Assembly (NCBI GenBank): GCA_964388715.1
Contig: CAYMBN010000001.1
Span: 76,962 to 140,961 of the forward strand
DNA: 64,000 bases
Direction of reading: 5' to 3'
Origin: an uncultured Methanosarcinales archaeon
GTDB lineage: Archaea; Nanobdellota; Nanobdellia; Woesearchaeales; CAYMBN01
This document shows, piece by piece, positions 48,284 to 58,188 of the stretch (position 1 is its first letter; each line of letters starts with the position of its first letter). Under the pieces are notes generated by a model. It ran no database searches, had not been told where the DNA came from, and saw only the letters and a list, made by a program, of their open reading frames with translations. Made by a program: the position numbers and the translations under genes.

Positions 48284-49128
48284 ATCAGGAACCATGCACC
48301 GTACATGACAGAGATGATGTAGCCAAGTAAGAAGCTTGGGACAAATGGAATGCCTTCTTTGATCTTGATTTTTTTTATCTTGCCTTTTCTTTTGAGTTGG
48401 ATTAATTTTTTTATTTGTTTTTTTTCTATGCCAAGATCTTTTGGACCGCAAATATATTTGCCGTCAATTGTGTATTTCTTTGCAATCCAGTCACCTTCTG
48501 TAAGTTTTTCAGGAGATACAAATTTATACATGCATGCTTGTTCAATACTTTTTGTGAAAGCCCATAAATAAAAGAACAAAATACTGAAAAACATTGTAAC
48601 AAAAAGGAGTAATCTTATGTAAAAGTCGTTGATGATTATGATTCCAACTAAAAGTGCTACTGCAATTATCCAAGAACCATATTTATGTTTTTTATATTTA
48701 TGAATATGTTGTTTTAATTTTGAAGTAAATTGTTTCCAGTTTCTGATTGCAAGGATAAAAGAGTAGATTAATCCATAAAGAGCGCCTGCTATTAGTACAT
48801 TGGCAAGGAATATTAAAAGAAATGAGTTAAGTTTGAGTTCAAATCCAATTAATGCGCCTATACCCATCAATAATTTGGTATCGCCACCACCCCATTGGCC
48901 TGTGTAAAACATTAAGAATCCAAATAATAGGAAGAGGGTAAAACCATAAATACCATATAAGAGATAGTTCCAGTTAGAAGTGGTAGCACTAAATAATAAT
49001 CTTAAGCCTAGACCAACAAAAATAACAGAATAATTAACCCAATCAGGGACTTCCCTTGTTCTAATGTCTGTATAAGAGCCAATAATCAAAGAAATCACTA
49101 TAATTACAGATAATATTGTTTCTATCAT
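48280..49128 (-). CDS. Type IV prepilin peptidase (A24, PibD/FlaK-like)
   Basis: SYTDIRTREVPD, WGGGDTKLL (GxGD), LTEGDWI, GIPFVP. Confidence 0.93.
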   Translation of the reverse strand: MIETILSVIIVISLIIGSYTDIRTREVPDWVNYSVIFVGLGLRLLFSATTSNWNYLLYGIYGFTLFLLFGFLMFYTGQWGGGDTKLLMGIGALIGFELKLNSFLLIFLANVLIAGALYGLIYSFILAIRNWKQFTSKLKQHIHKYKKHKYGSWIIAVALLVGIIIINDFYIRLLLFVTMFFSILFFYLWAFTKSIEQACMYKFVSPEKLTEGDWIAKKYTIDGKYICGPKDLGIEKKQIKKLIQLKRKGKIKKIKIKEGIPFVPSFLLGYIISVMYGAWFLI

Positions 49129-49183
49129 CAGAAATAATATAAGCAGTAAAGTTTATAAATATTGTTATTATTATTGTATAGTA

Positions 49184-49939
49184 ATGCTACAAAGATTAAA
49201 GGATTTTATAAAAAAGCGTAAAGGTCAGGTTGTTGATGGAGAAAGGCGTATTCCGCTGCATATTGCCTTAACTACCAGTGAAGTTATTAAATGGAGCAAT
49301 GAAAACAAAAAGACTTTTAGAGAAGCTTATGAAAGAAGTTTTAAGATTATAAAGAATATTTTCAGTGAACAAATCAAGTATAATATTCCTATTCTTACAA
49401 TATATATCTCACATGAATCTGAGAAACAGATTGAATCTTTTAATGATATGATACAGTCACTTACAATGTTTCTTGGTAGCTTGATTAAAGATTCAAGTAT
49501 ACATAATAATCAGGTTAAAGTTTCTGTTTTAGGAAAATGGTATGATTTGCCACCTGAAATTGTTGAGATTATCAAGTGTTTAACAGCTGAAACAAAGGAT
49601 TATGATAGGTTTTTCCTTAATTTCTGTATTAATTATGATGGAAGGTCTGAGATTGTTGATGGTTGTAGATTGATTGCAAGGAAGGTTCAGGTAGGTAAGA
49701 TTGAGCCTGATATGATTACAAAGGATATTATAAAGGAAAATCTTTATTCATCTTATTTTGTTCCGCCTGATCTTTTGATAAAGAGTGGAATAAACAGGAA
49801 GGCAACAGGACTTTTATTATGGGATAGTGTGTTTTCATATTTGTATTTCTCAAAGAAATCGTTTCCTGATTTTGATGTTTCTGACTTGCATAAAGCAATT
49901 GATGCATGGAGCAAAGGTAAAGGGTATAAAGAAGAGTAA
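49184..49939 (+). CDS. UppS-like cis-prenyltransferase homologue lacking the N-terminal catalytic motif
   Basis: IPLHIALTT in place of HIAIIMDGNRR; retains LNFCINYDGRSEIV, PPDLLIKSG, GLLLWDS.FS.LYF..FPDF. Confidence 0.85.
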   Translation: MLQRLKDFIKKRKGQVVDGERRIPLHIALTTSEVIKWSNENKKTFREAYERSFKIIKNIFSEQIKYNIPILTIYISHESEKQIESFNDMIQSLTMFLGSLIKDSSIHNNQVKVSVLGKWYDLPPEIVEIIKCLTAETKDYDRFFLNFCINYDGRSEIVDGCRLIARKVQVGKIEPDMITKDIIKENLYSSYFVPPDLLIKSGINRKATGLLLWDSVFSYLYFSKKSFPDFDVSDLHKAIDAWSKGKGYKEE

Positions 49940-49993
49940 GTTGTTTTTTCTTTTTCGCAAAATTTATATAATAACTGCAAATTATCCTAAAAT

Positions 49994-50320
49994 ATGAAGA
50001 ACGTATATAATATATATGCTGCAAAACCACATGGTTCAAAAGAGAATTCATTGTATTTCGCAGAACTTTTTGGAACTGTTCTAGCTTGTACAGATGATTT
50101 TAGTGGTGGTGTTGGTTTTGATTCTGCTCTTGAGGAACTTGCAGAAAAGGTTTCTCAGATTGTGATTAATGGACGTGTCATATCTCGGGGAAGTGTTGAT
50201 GTTATTCAAACTGAAAGTGCTTGTGATTCTATTAATCAGTATCCTATTGATTTAGTATTTGTAGCAAAATTTGTTGAGTTTTATAAAAAAGCACGTGCAG
50301 ATGTTCAAGGAAAAGAATGA
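49994..50320 (+). CDS. Hypothetical protein
   Basis: 108-aa ORF with TATA near 49963. Confidence 0.55.
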   Translation: MKNVYNIYAAKPHGSKENSLYFAELFGTVLACTDDFSGGVGFDSALEELAEKVSQIVINGRVISRGSVDVIQTESACDSINQYPIDLVFVAKFVEFYKKARADVQGKE

Positions 50321-50371
50321 TTCTTATCTTACCGTAACATTTATAAAGTTAAAAACAGTCTTTCTTATAAA

Positions 50372-52438
50372 ATGGTGGAAAAAAGAGGGGTTATAGAGAC
50401 AGATGTAGATAAATTAATCTCTTTATTGGCTGATGTGAAGGAAATTACAGTTCCTAAGGCTGCTAAAAAGTTAAATGTTTCTGCTAAAATTGTTGAAGAA
50501 TGGGCTAATTTTCTGGAAGAAGAAGGTTTACTTGAGATAAAGTATAAACTTACAACACCTATTTTAATATACAAAACAGAAGAAGTGTCAAAACCAATTA
50601 AAAAAGTGCCTGAAATTCTAAAAAAGCCTAAAGTTGAACTAACTCATGAGGTTAAAGATAGGGAAGGACATGAAAAAACTGTTGAAATTAAAGCAAAAAA
50701 GTATCCTGAGGATTATCAACATTTACTTTCTTTAGCAGAAAGTGCTGTAAAAAGAGGAGATGTTAACGAAGCAAAGTTATTATATAAAAAGCTTGAAGAA
50801 AAAAGTGATTTGTTTACAAGTAAGTTTGTTGATCAGAAAAAGAAGTATGAACAAGATCTTATCAGATTGAATAAAGAGATTACAGAAGAACAAGAAACTT
50901 TTTCATTAGCTGACATGGAAGGAAAAACAAAAAAAGTTAATCTTTTGATTGAAAAAATTGATGTATTGATTAAACAGAGTAAGATTGCTGAGGCAATTGA
51001 TGCTTATAATAAACTGAATGAAACTCATTTTCCGCAAGGGTTTATTGATAGAGAAACAGAGTTACAAGATAGGATTATCCGGGCCTATAAAAGGTTATTA
51101 GATGCGAAAAATATTACTGAACAACATGAAATAACAGAAAAAGCTAAGAAAATAGTTGATATGTTGAATCAGTTGCAAACTGCGCTAAACCAAAAAAATA
51201 TTCCAAGATCAACTGAGATTTATGATAAAACAAAGGAATTGTATGATTCTCTTGCACAAGGTTTTCTTGAAGAAAAGTTTAACTTACAAAACTTAATTTT
51301 GGATAAATATAAACAGTTAATTGCTCTTAAAAAACACTCAAACACATTAATTTTTAGGCAAGTGAAGGAAAATATTGAAGGATTATTATTAAAAATTGAG
51401 TCTGCTATAGAGCAGAATAATCTTAAACAAGCAACAAAGATGTATAATCAAATACAACAATTAATGTTAAAGATACCAGCTGGATTTAGTAAAAGAATGG
51501 TTGAGTTACAGAAAAAAGTGCTTGAAGTGTACAAATTATTAATATTTAGTAAGAAAAAGGTTTCTGACACTACTATGAATAAAGGAGAGGAAAAGATTAA
51601 TTTGTTAATTGAAAAAGCAAATAAAGCAATTGCAAATAAGAAGTATACACTGGTTCCTAGATATTATGTTCAACTTATTCATATGTATAGTTCTTTGCCG
51701 GTTGGTTTTTTACAAAATAAAGCAATGATAAAGAATAAAGTATTTGATATTTACAAAAGAATGATTAGTAATATTGATTTTGTTTTAGTAAGGAATCTTG
51801 CGCCTGAACATCAAACTACATACAATAAGATGTTAGGTTTGTTGGTTCAATCACAAAAAGTTATTGATGATGAACAGTATAATCTGTTAGAAAATTTGTA
51901 TAATGAAATTTATGATAAATACGAATCACTTCCTGTTGGTTTTGTTGAAAAGAATGTAAGATTGAGATCAGAGATAATAAAATTGTTTAATTTGATAAAG
52001 TTGTATAAAAAGTCAAAACAACTTCCAATATTTTACAAATCAAAACAGTATGAAGAATTAAAACAGGCTTTAATGTTTGTGTCTGGATTACATGATACCT
52101 TAATAAAAAAATCGCCTGAAGCAACTAAACTTCTGGAGATGGTTTATAGTGATTATGTTACTTATTTGAATTATTATAATGAAAGATTTGGTCAGCAAGA
52201 GTTGGCTATGGAGGAAGTTCCAAAACCAAAAGTAACGGTAAAAGAAAGGTCTGAGTTAAAACATGAACTTTATGCAGAAAAAGACCAAATAAAAGGAATG
52301 TTGATTAAAGCTAAACTTGATAAAGTGAAAAAATTGATTCAGATGAATGATTCTAGAAAAGCTAAAACAGAGATTAAAGAAATATTTAAGCTTGATCCAG
52401 ATAATGAAGAAGCTAAAAGCTTGGATGTAAAGGTGTAA
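50372..52438 (+). CDS. wHTH plus helical-repeat protein, first gene of the pilus operon
   Basis: N-terminal ETDVDKL..AAKKLNVS..VEEWANFLEEEGLLEIKY; at least 5 repeats centred on (L/F/I)PxGF. Confidence 0.75.
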   Translation: MVEKRGVIETDVDKLISLLADVKEITVPKAAKKLNVSAKIVEEWANFLEEEGLLEIKYKLTTPILIYKTEEVSKPIKKVPEILKKPKVELTHEVKDREGHEKTVEIKAKKYPEDYQHLLSLAESAVKRGDVNEAKLLYKKLEEKSDLFTSKFVDQKKKYEQDLIRLNKEITEEQETFSLADMEGKTKKVNLLIEKIDVLIKQSKIAEAIDAYNKLNETHFPQGFIDRETELQDRIIRAYKRLLDAKNITEQHEITEKAKKIVDMLNQLQTALNQKNIPRSTEIYDKTKELYDSLAQGFLEEKFNLQNLILDKYKQLIALKKHSNTLIFRQVKENIEGLLLKIESAIEQNNLKQATKMYNQIQQLMLKIPAGFSKRMVELQKKVLEVYKLLIFSKKKVSDTTMNKGEEKINLLIEKANKAIANKKYTLVPRYYVQLIHMYSSLPVGFLQNKAMIKNKVFDIYKRMISNIDFVLVRNLAPEHQTTYNKMLGLLVQSQKVIDDEQYNLLENLYNEIYDKYESLPVGFVEKNVRLRSEIIKLFNLIKLYKKSKQLPIFYKSKQYEELKQALMFVSGLHDTLIKKSPEATKLLEMVYSDYVTYLNYYNERFGQQELAMEEVPKPKVTVKERSELKHELYAEKDQIKGMLIKAKLDKVKKLIQMNDSRKAKTEIKEIFKLDPDNEEAKSLDVKV

Positions 52439-52439
52439 G

Positions 52440-53882
52440 ATGAAAGAGATTGAGTCATATAAAATAAATGTGGACAATATCCTGGTAGATGTAATTATAT
52501 ACCTTGATAAAAATGATTTTGTACCAACATATTCAATATCTATCCTGAATATTAGTAAAGGAACTAATATAATACTTGAAAAAATACGGCAGGAGTTTAT
52601 TTCAAAAGTTAATGTTGGTTCGATTGATTTTGCTGGGTATGAAGGAACAGAAATTATGAAAAAGAAGTTTAAAAAAGAAGTGTCTTTCCTTGTTAAAAAG
52701 TATTTTCCAAACACTGATGAAGCAACAAAAGAAATGTTGATAAGTTACATTGTACAACAAGATATTGGGTTAGGTGATATTGAAATTTTGTTAAAGGATG
52801 ATCAACTAGAAGAAATTGTTGTGAATAATTCAGGTGAAACTGTTTGGGTGTTCCATAAAAATCACGGATGGTTAAAAACAAATATTGTCATAAAAAAAGA
52901 GTTAAAAATTAAACATTATTCAACAATGATTGGTAAAGATGTTGGGAAAGAGATTACTGTGCTTAGTCCGTTAATGGATGCACATCTTATAAGTGGAGAT
53001 AGAGTTAATGCAACACTTTATCCAATTTCAACCAGAGGTAATACTATAACTATTAGAAAATTTGCTGTTAAACCTTGGACAATTACGGATTATATTAAAT
53101 CTAATACTATATCATATGAAAGTGCTGCATTATTATGGTTAGCTGTACAGAATGAACTTTCTGTTATTATATCAGGAGGAACAGGTAGTGGTAAGACTTC
53201 TATGCTTAATGTTCTTGCCAACTTTTTTCCACCAAACCAGAGAATAATTAGTATAGAAGATACTAGAGAAATCACACTACCTAACTCCCTCCACTGGGTT
53301 CCAATGGAGACAAGACTAGCTAATCCTGAAGGTAAAGGAGAGATTACAATGCTTGACTTAACAGTTAATGCATTAAGAATGAGGCCTGACAGGATTATTG
53401 TTGGAGAAATAAGAAGAAAAAGGGAAGCAGAAGTGTTGTTTGAAGCAATGCATACTGGTCATTCTGTATATGCTACTTTACATGCAAACAATGCGCATGA
53501 AACAATTATCAGGTTAACAAATCCACCAATTGATCTGCCTAAGTTGTTAATGCCTGCTGTATCATTAATTGTGGTTCAGAATTTGAATAGAAGAACAAAG
53601 AAAAGATATACCTTGCAAGTTGCAGAGATTATGCCTGATGGAAATCCTAATGTGTTAATACAACGTGATGTTCAGAAAAATCAGTTAATAAAGAAGAAAG
53701 ATCCAACTGTAATTATAGATACATTAAAACTTTACACTGGCATGAATAAAGAAGAGATTAATAAAGATCTTAAAGAAAAACAGGAGATTCTTAAGTGGTT
53801 AGTAAAGAATGATATAACTGATATCCATGAGATTGGTTTAATATTTGCAAAGTATTACACAGAAGGAACGTTACCAATGTGA
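52440..53882 (+). CDS. Type IV/Tad pilus assembly ATPase (CpaF/VirB11 family)
   Basis: Walker A SGGTGSGKTS, SIEDTRE, LRMRPDRIIVGEIR, AMHTGH, TLHA. Confidence 0.96.
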   Translation: MKEIESYKINVDNILVDVIIYLDKNDFVPTYSISILNISKGTNIILEKIRQEFISKVNVGSIDFAGYEGTEIMKKKFKKEVSFLVKKYFPNTDEATKEMLISYIVQQDIGLGDIEILLKDDQLEEIVVNNSGETVWVFHKNHGWLKTNIVIKKELKIKHYSTMIGKDVGKEITVLSPLMDAHLISGDRVNATLYPISTRGNTITIRKFAVKPWTITDYIKSNTISYESAALLWLAVQNELSVIISGGTGSGKTSMLNVLANFFPPNQRIISIEDTREITLPNSLHWVPMETRLANPEGKGEITMLDLTVNALRMRPDRIIVGEIRRKREAEVLFEAMHTGHSVYATLHANNAHETIIRLTNPPIDLPKLLMPAVSLIVVQNLNRRTKKRYTLQVAEIMPDGNPNVLIQRDVQKNQLIKKKDPTVIIDTLKLYTGMNKEEINKDLKEKQEILKWLVKNDITDIHEIGLIFAKYYTEGTLPM

Positions 53883-54685
53883 ATAAAATGCTGATAAGAA
53901 ATATCCTCAAATTTTTTCCAGAGCTTAAAGTAAATTTAAAAAAATCGCGGATGAAGCAAAATGCTTCAACATATCTAAAAAGAACTCTTCTCTTAACGTT
54001 GTTGATTGTTGTTGTATGTTTAGGATTTTTTATCTCATTTGTTAATATGAAATTAGGTACAATTATTATTCTGTTTATTGTTTCTTATTTTATTGTGTTT
54101 GTTTATGTTATGAAAATGCCGATTGTTTATGCGAAAAGAAAAGAGCGTGATATTAATCAAAATTTATTATTTCTTACAAGGTATCTTCTCATAAAAGTTG
54201 AGTCAGGTGTACCTTTATACAATGCTCTTGAAAGTGCTTCAAAAAAGTTTAAGTATACTGGTAAAGTGATTCAGGAGATTATACGTGAAATTAATCTTGG
54301 CACGCCAATGGAAAGTGCAATTGAGAGTGCTATTGATTATTGTGCAAGTGAAAATTTTTCAAGATTATTATGGGAAATACTTAATGCATTAAAAACAGGA
54401 GTTGATATAAGTACTGCTCTTAAAGCAACAATAACAGATTTGACAAAGCAACATAGTGTTGAGATCGAAAGATATTCTAAAAAGCTTAATTCATTAACAA
54501 TGTTTTACATGCTTATTGCAATTGTGTTGCCTTCCCTTGGTACAACCATGTTTGTGATTATAACAGGGTTTATGAATCTTGAAATTAATTTGAACTTTTT
54601 AATGATTATTGCATTTTTCCTGGTAGTTATACAGTTTATGTTTATGTCATTGTTTAGAAGCATTAGGCCAATGGTGGAACTATGA
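53879..54685 (+). CDS. TadB/TadC (T2SS-F domain) membrane platform protein
   Basis: ESGVPLYNAL, INLGTPMESAI, LKTGVDI; follows the ATPase. Confidence 0.9.
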   Translation: MNKMLIRNILKFFPELKVNLKKSRMKQNASTYLKRTLLLTLLIVVVCLGFFISFVNMKLGTIIILFIVSYFIVFVYVMKMPIVYAKRKERDINQNLLFLTRYLLIKVESGVPLYNALESASKKFKYTGKVIQEIIREINLGTPMESAIESAIDYCASENFSRLLWEILNALKTGVDISTALKATITDLTKQHSVEIERYSKKLNSLTMFYMLIAIVLPSLGTTMFVIITGFMNLEINLNFLMIIAFFLVVIQFMFMSLFRSIRPMVEL

Positions 54686-55698
54686 AATTATTTTTTATTG
54701 AGGAATTTGGGAAAGCGTTTGTGCCAGAAAGAGTTAAATTATTCCTTAAAAAATATGTGCAAAGGGCTGGGATTTATCAAGTAAATTACAAGTTTTTTGG
54801 TATTTTGTTTTATGTTTCACTATTGTTTACATATTTAATTTATTTTTATAATATATATCCTATTTTATCACGATATCCGTTAGCATACCTTTTGGTATTT
54901 TCGTTTATTTTTTGGATAATAATACAGGGAGTGATAATTTTCTTTTTTGTTACGATTGCATATCTTTACATTGATATTTTAATATATAAAAGGACGAAAC
55001 AGATAGAAAATGTGTTACCTGATTTTCTTGATTTTGTTTCAACAAATCTTAAGGCAGGAATGTCCTTAGATAAAGCTTTGTGGAAAGCTGTTAAACCGCG
55101 TTTTGGTGTATTGTCAAATGAAGTTAAGATTGCTGCAAAGAAGGTTATGACTGGAGTTGAGGTAAGTATTGCATTAAAAGAGTTTTCTAATAAATATAAT
55201 TCACAAATTACAAAAAGGGCGTTTGATCTTATCATAGAGGGTATTGAAAGTGGTTCAAGGATGGCTGAACTTATGGATAGAATTATTGAAGATATTAGAA
55301 ATACAAATAATCTTAAACAACAAATGGCTGCGAGTACTCTTACATATACAATTTTTATATCTTCAATTGTGTTAGTGATAGCACCTTTATTATTTGCTTT
55401 ATCATATAACCTATTAGTGGTCTTGCAAGGGTTTGCTACTAAAGTTGTGAGTGGAGGAACTACATCTTCTTTGTTAATGACACTTTCAGATATAAAGGTT
55501 AATCCTAATGATTTCAAAATATTTTCAAATGCAAGTATTATTATTGTTGGATTTTTTACTTCCTTAATTATTTCAATGATTAAGAAAGGTGATTCAAGTG
55601 AAAGTATAAAGTATATGCCTTTTTTTATTGTTGTCTCATTGTTAGTGTATAATTTGTTTAGATTAATGTTTTTATCGTTGTTTGGAGGATTGGTTTGA
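54682..55698 (+). CDS. TadB/TadC (T2SS-F domain) membrane platform protein
   Basis: LPDFL..VSTNLKAGMSLDKAL, RFGVLS.E, GIESG. Confidence 0.9.
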   Translation: MKLFFIEEFGKAFVPERVKLFLKKYVQRAGIYQVNYKFFGILFYVSLLFTYLIYFYNIYPILSRYPLAYLLVFSFIFWIIIQGVIIFFFVTIAYLYIDILIYKRTKQIENVLPDFLDFVSTNLKAGMSLDKALWKAVKPRFGVLSNEVKIAAKKVMTGVEVSIALKEFSNKYNSQITKRAFDLIIEGIESGSRMAELMDRIIEDIRNTNNLKQQMAASTLTYTIFISSIVLVIAPLLFALSYNLLVVLQGFATKVVSGGTTSSLLMTLSDIKVNPNDFKIFSNASIIIVGFFTSLIISMIKKGDSSESIKYMPFFIVVSLLVYNLFRLMFLSLFGGLV

Positions 55699-57434
55699 TG
55701 AAAAAAGTATTTTTGTTGTTACTTTTGTTGATTGTGCCTAGTGTTTGTGGTAGTGTTGTTTTTGATGACTGGATTTATTCAGCTAACAATCATACAATTG
55801 ATGGGAGGAATGTTTCAGTAATACTTTCATCTGATAATGAGAGGGTTGCAATCAATGATGAATTTGTTTTAAGAAATAATTCTTGTCATGATTCTGGAAA
55901 TTATAGGTATTGCTTAAATGGAATTGAATATGGTGAGTTTGACACTGTTAGAAAGATTGACAAGTATAAGTTTTATCTTGTTGTTGAGAAATTAGGAGCT
56001 GATTTGAAAATAGAAAAGAAAATAAGAGGAGAATTTTTGTTTGATAGTAATGTTTTTGTTGATTTAACTATTGAGAATAGTGGTAAAAGAACTGCTGAAA
56101 ATATTGAACTTGTAGATGAATATCCTTTTGGCGTTGTGTTAACTAATCCAATTGGTGGGATTAGGATAAAAGATAATGATGTTTATTGGGATGGTGAGCT
56201 TACACCTGGAAAGAAAAAAGAGTTTATTTATAAGATTGATATTACTGAAAATGTTGATTATGAATCACAAGCTGTTGCAGAGTTTGACGGTGGGACTGTT
56301 AAGTCTGGAATTGTTGATATTAAGTATGATAATTTTTTAGAAACTAGCTTAGATTTCAAAAAAAGTGTTAATCTTAATGAAAAGGTTAGAGTTACTTTAA
56401 AGATCAAAAATAAGTTTAAGGATCATAAAATTAATGCTAGTGCTGAGGTTAAGTTTAGTGATGGTATAAAGGTTTTGAGTGAAGGGTTTTTTGATGTAGT
56501 TGATAATTTGACTTATACTAAATCTTGTGAACTTGATAAAGAAGAGGAAAAAATATATTATTTTGAGATAAGACCAACTCATATTGGAGCGCATGATATT
56601 GATGTAGTGATTAATTCTAATTATAAAAATTTTCATGAAGAGAAAAAGTTGAATGGGAAAGTGACTGTTCCGTTTAGAAAGCTTGATTTTGATATTAAGT
56701 TTAATCGTACTATTCTTACTTCTGGTGATAAAGGGTTAATTAAGATCAAGATTGACAATCTTAATACCAAAGTTGATCTTAAGAATATTAATATTTATTT
56801 TATAAGTAACCTGTTTGAGATTGATCATATCAGACTTAACCAAATTCTGAGTGGAAAAAGTATTTTTATTGGTAATGAATCTTTGGTTGGATTTGATGTG
56901 CCTCACATTAGTAAAAAAGGTAAGTATGACTTAAGGATAAGAGGTGATTATTCTACTATCTTTGGTGAAAAAAAAGAGTTTGATTTTGGTAGAGTGTTGG
57001 ATGTTATACCATTGGAAGAGGTTTTTGAGATACGGCATGTGAAAAAAGGGGAAAAGGTTGAGGTTTATGTTGATAGTATGATTGATATTGACATTAATAA
57101 TGTAAGTATTTCTGAGAAATATGCTGATAAGAGTAATCTTTTGAATATCAGGTCTAAGGAAAAAAGGTTTGTTTATTCGTTTGAAAACGAGAGTATAGGT
57201 ACTGTGGTAGAGTTTGAGTTAAATGGTAAGAAAGCAGTGATTGAGAAAGAGGAGTTGAGTGAGCCTAAGAAAGAAGTGGTGGTTGTAGAAGAGAAAGTTG
57301 AGCCTGAAGTTGTTGAAGAGAAAGAAGAAGAAGTCAAAATAGAAGAAAAGGTTGAGAAAAAGAATGATGTATCTTTATTTGAAAGGTTTGTTGTGGGATT
57401 TGTTGAGTTTTTTATGAATATTTTTGGTGGATAA
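55698..57434 (+). CDS. Secreted multi-Ig-like (DUF11/BatD-like) surface protein
   Basis: Signal peptide; LTIENSGKRTAENIELVDEYP; Glu/Lys/Val-rich linker; amphipathic C-terminal helix. Confidence 0.7.
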   Translation: MKKVFLLLLLLIVPSVCGSVVFDDWIYSANNHTIDGRNVSVILSSDNERVAINDEFVLRNNSCHDSGNYRYCLNGIEYGEFDTVRKIDKYKFYLVVEKLGADLKIEKKIRGEFLFDSNVFVDLTIENSGKRTAENIELVDEYPFGVVLTNPIGGIRIKDNDVYWDGELTPGKKKEFIYKIDITENVDYESQAVAEFDGGTVKSGIVDIKYDNFLETSLDFKKSVNLNEKVRVTLKIKNKFKDHKINASAEVKFSDGIKVLSEGFFDVVDNLTYTKSCELDKEEEKIYYFEIRPTHIGAHDIDVVINSNYKNFHEEKKLNGKVTVPFRKLDFDIKFNRTILTSGDKGLIKIKIDNLNTKVDLKNINIYFISNLFEIDHIRLNQILSGKSIFIGNESLVGFDVPHISKKGKYDLRIRGDYSTIFGEKKEFDFGRVLDVIPLEEVFEIRHVKKGEKVEVYVDSMIDIDINNVSISEKYADKSNLLNIRSKEKRFVYSFENESIGTVVEFELNGKKAVIEKEELSEPKKEVVVVEEKVEPEVVEEKEEEVKIEEKVEKKNDVSLFERFVVGFVEFFMNIFGG

Positions 57435-57502
57435 AGATAGAAACATTTATATATGAGAAAAATACAATTTTAAATATATAATACTTAAAGGAGGTAATTA
57501 AT

Positions 57503-58009
57503 ATGAAAAAAAGAGGACAAGCTGCTATGGAATTCTTAATGACTTATGGTTGGGCTATTTTAGTTGTTTTGATCATAGTTGGTGCATTAGGATATTTTGG
57601 AGTTTTAAACCCAAGAAGACTTATCCCAAACAGTTGTCAAATGACTGGTAAAGTAAAATGTGATGAAATTGGATGGAATGATGATGCTGTTTCTTTGCAT
57701 TTAACAAATATGGATATGTCTTTGGTAAAAGTTATTGAACTAGCATTTGTTAAAGAAGGTGGTGAAGTTGACACTTGTAGTCAAGTGAATACCACAGCTA
57801 CTGCACTTGCAGATGTAGATAGTAATTCACAAGACCCTGCTGGAGCAACTGTTTCATTCTTATGTGACGGCGGTGGATTTAAAGTAGGAACTGCAGCTGC
57901 TGGATCAGGCGATTTAATCCATGGAAGATTAACAATTAAGTATTTGATTGCTGATAAAGGAGATTTCCCTGGATCATCCACTGGAAACATACATTTACAA
58001 ATACCTTAA
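57503..58009 (+). CDS. Type IV pilin (class III signal peptide)
   Basis: MKKRG/QAAMEFLMTYGWAILVV..GALGYFGV; GGAGGT RBS and own TATA. Confidence 0.93.
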   Translation: MKKRGQAAMEFLMTYGWAILVVLIIVGALGYFGVLNPRRLIPNSCQMTGKVKCDEIGWNDDAVSLHLTNMDMSLVKVIELAFVKEGGEVDTCSQVNTTATALADVDSNSQDPAGATVSFLCDGGGFKVGTAAAGSGDLIHGRLTIKYLIADKGDFPGSSTGNIHLQIP

Positions 58010-58086
58010 TTCTTTTATTTTTTTGTTTATTTTTTTAATTGATATAATTGGTGGACTATTAAATTCCCTGCACAAATTACTAGATC

Positions 58087-58121
58087 GCAATTTTCTTTTT
58101 GTCTGCGGTAAAGAAAATTGC
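58087..58121. terminator. 12-bp perfect inverted repeat between convergent genes
   Basis: GCAATTTTCTTT-N11-AAAGAAAATTGC followed by TTTT. Confidence 0.55.
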
Positions 58122-58188
58122 TTTTGAATGTCTTAGAGAAAACTTATTTATGCAAGAGAGAATAAGAAACCTTCTATAATGCCAGTAA

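Noticed and set aside
57240..57365. GAA/GAG/GTT-rich repeat-like DNA
   Set aside because: Explained by a Glu/Lys/Val low-complexity linker in the CDS; the same holds for the acidic HIT tail near 47560-47730.
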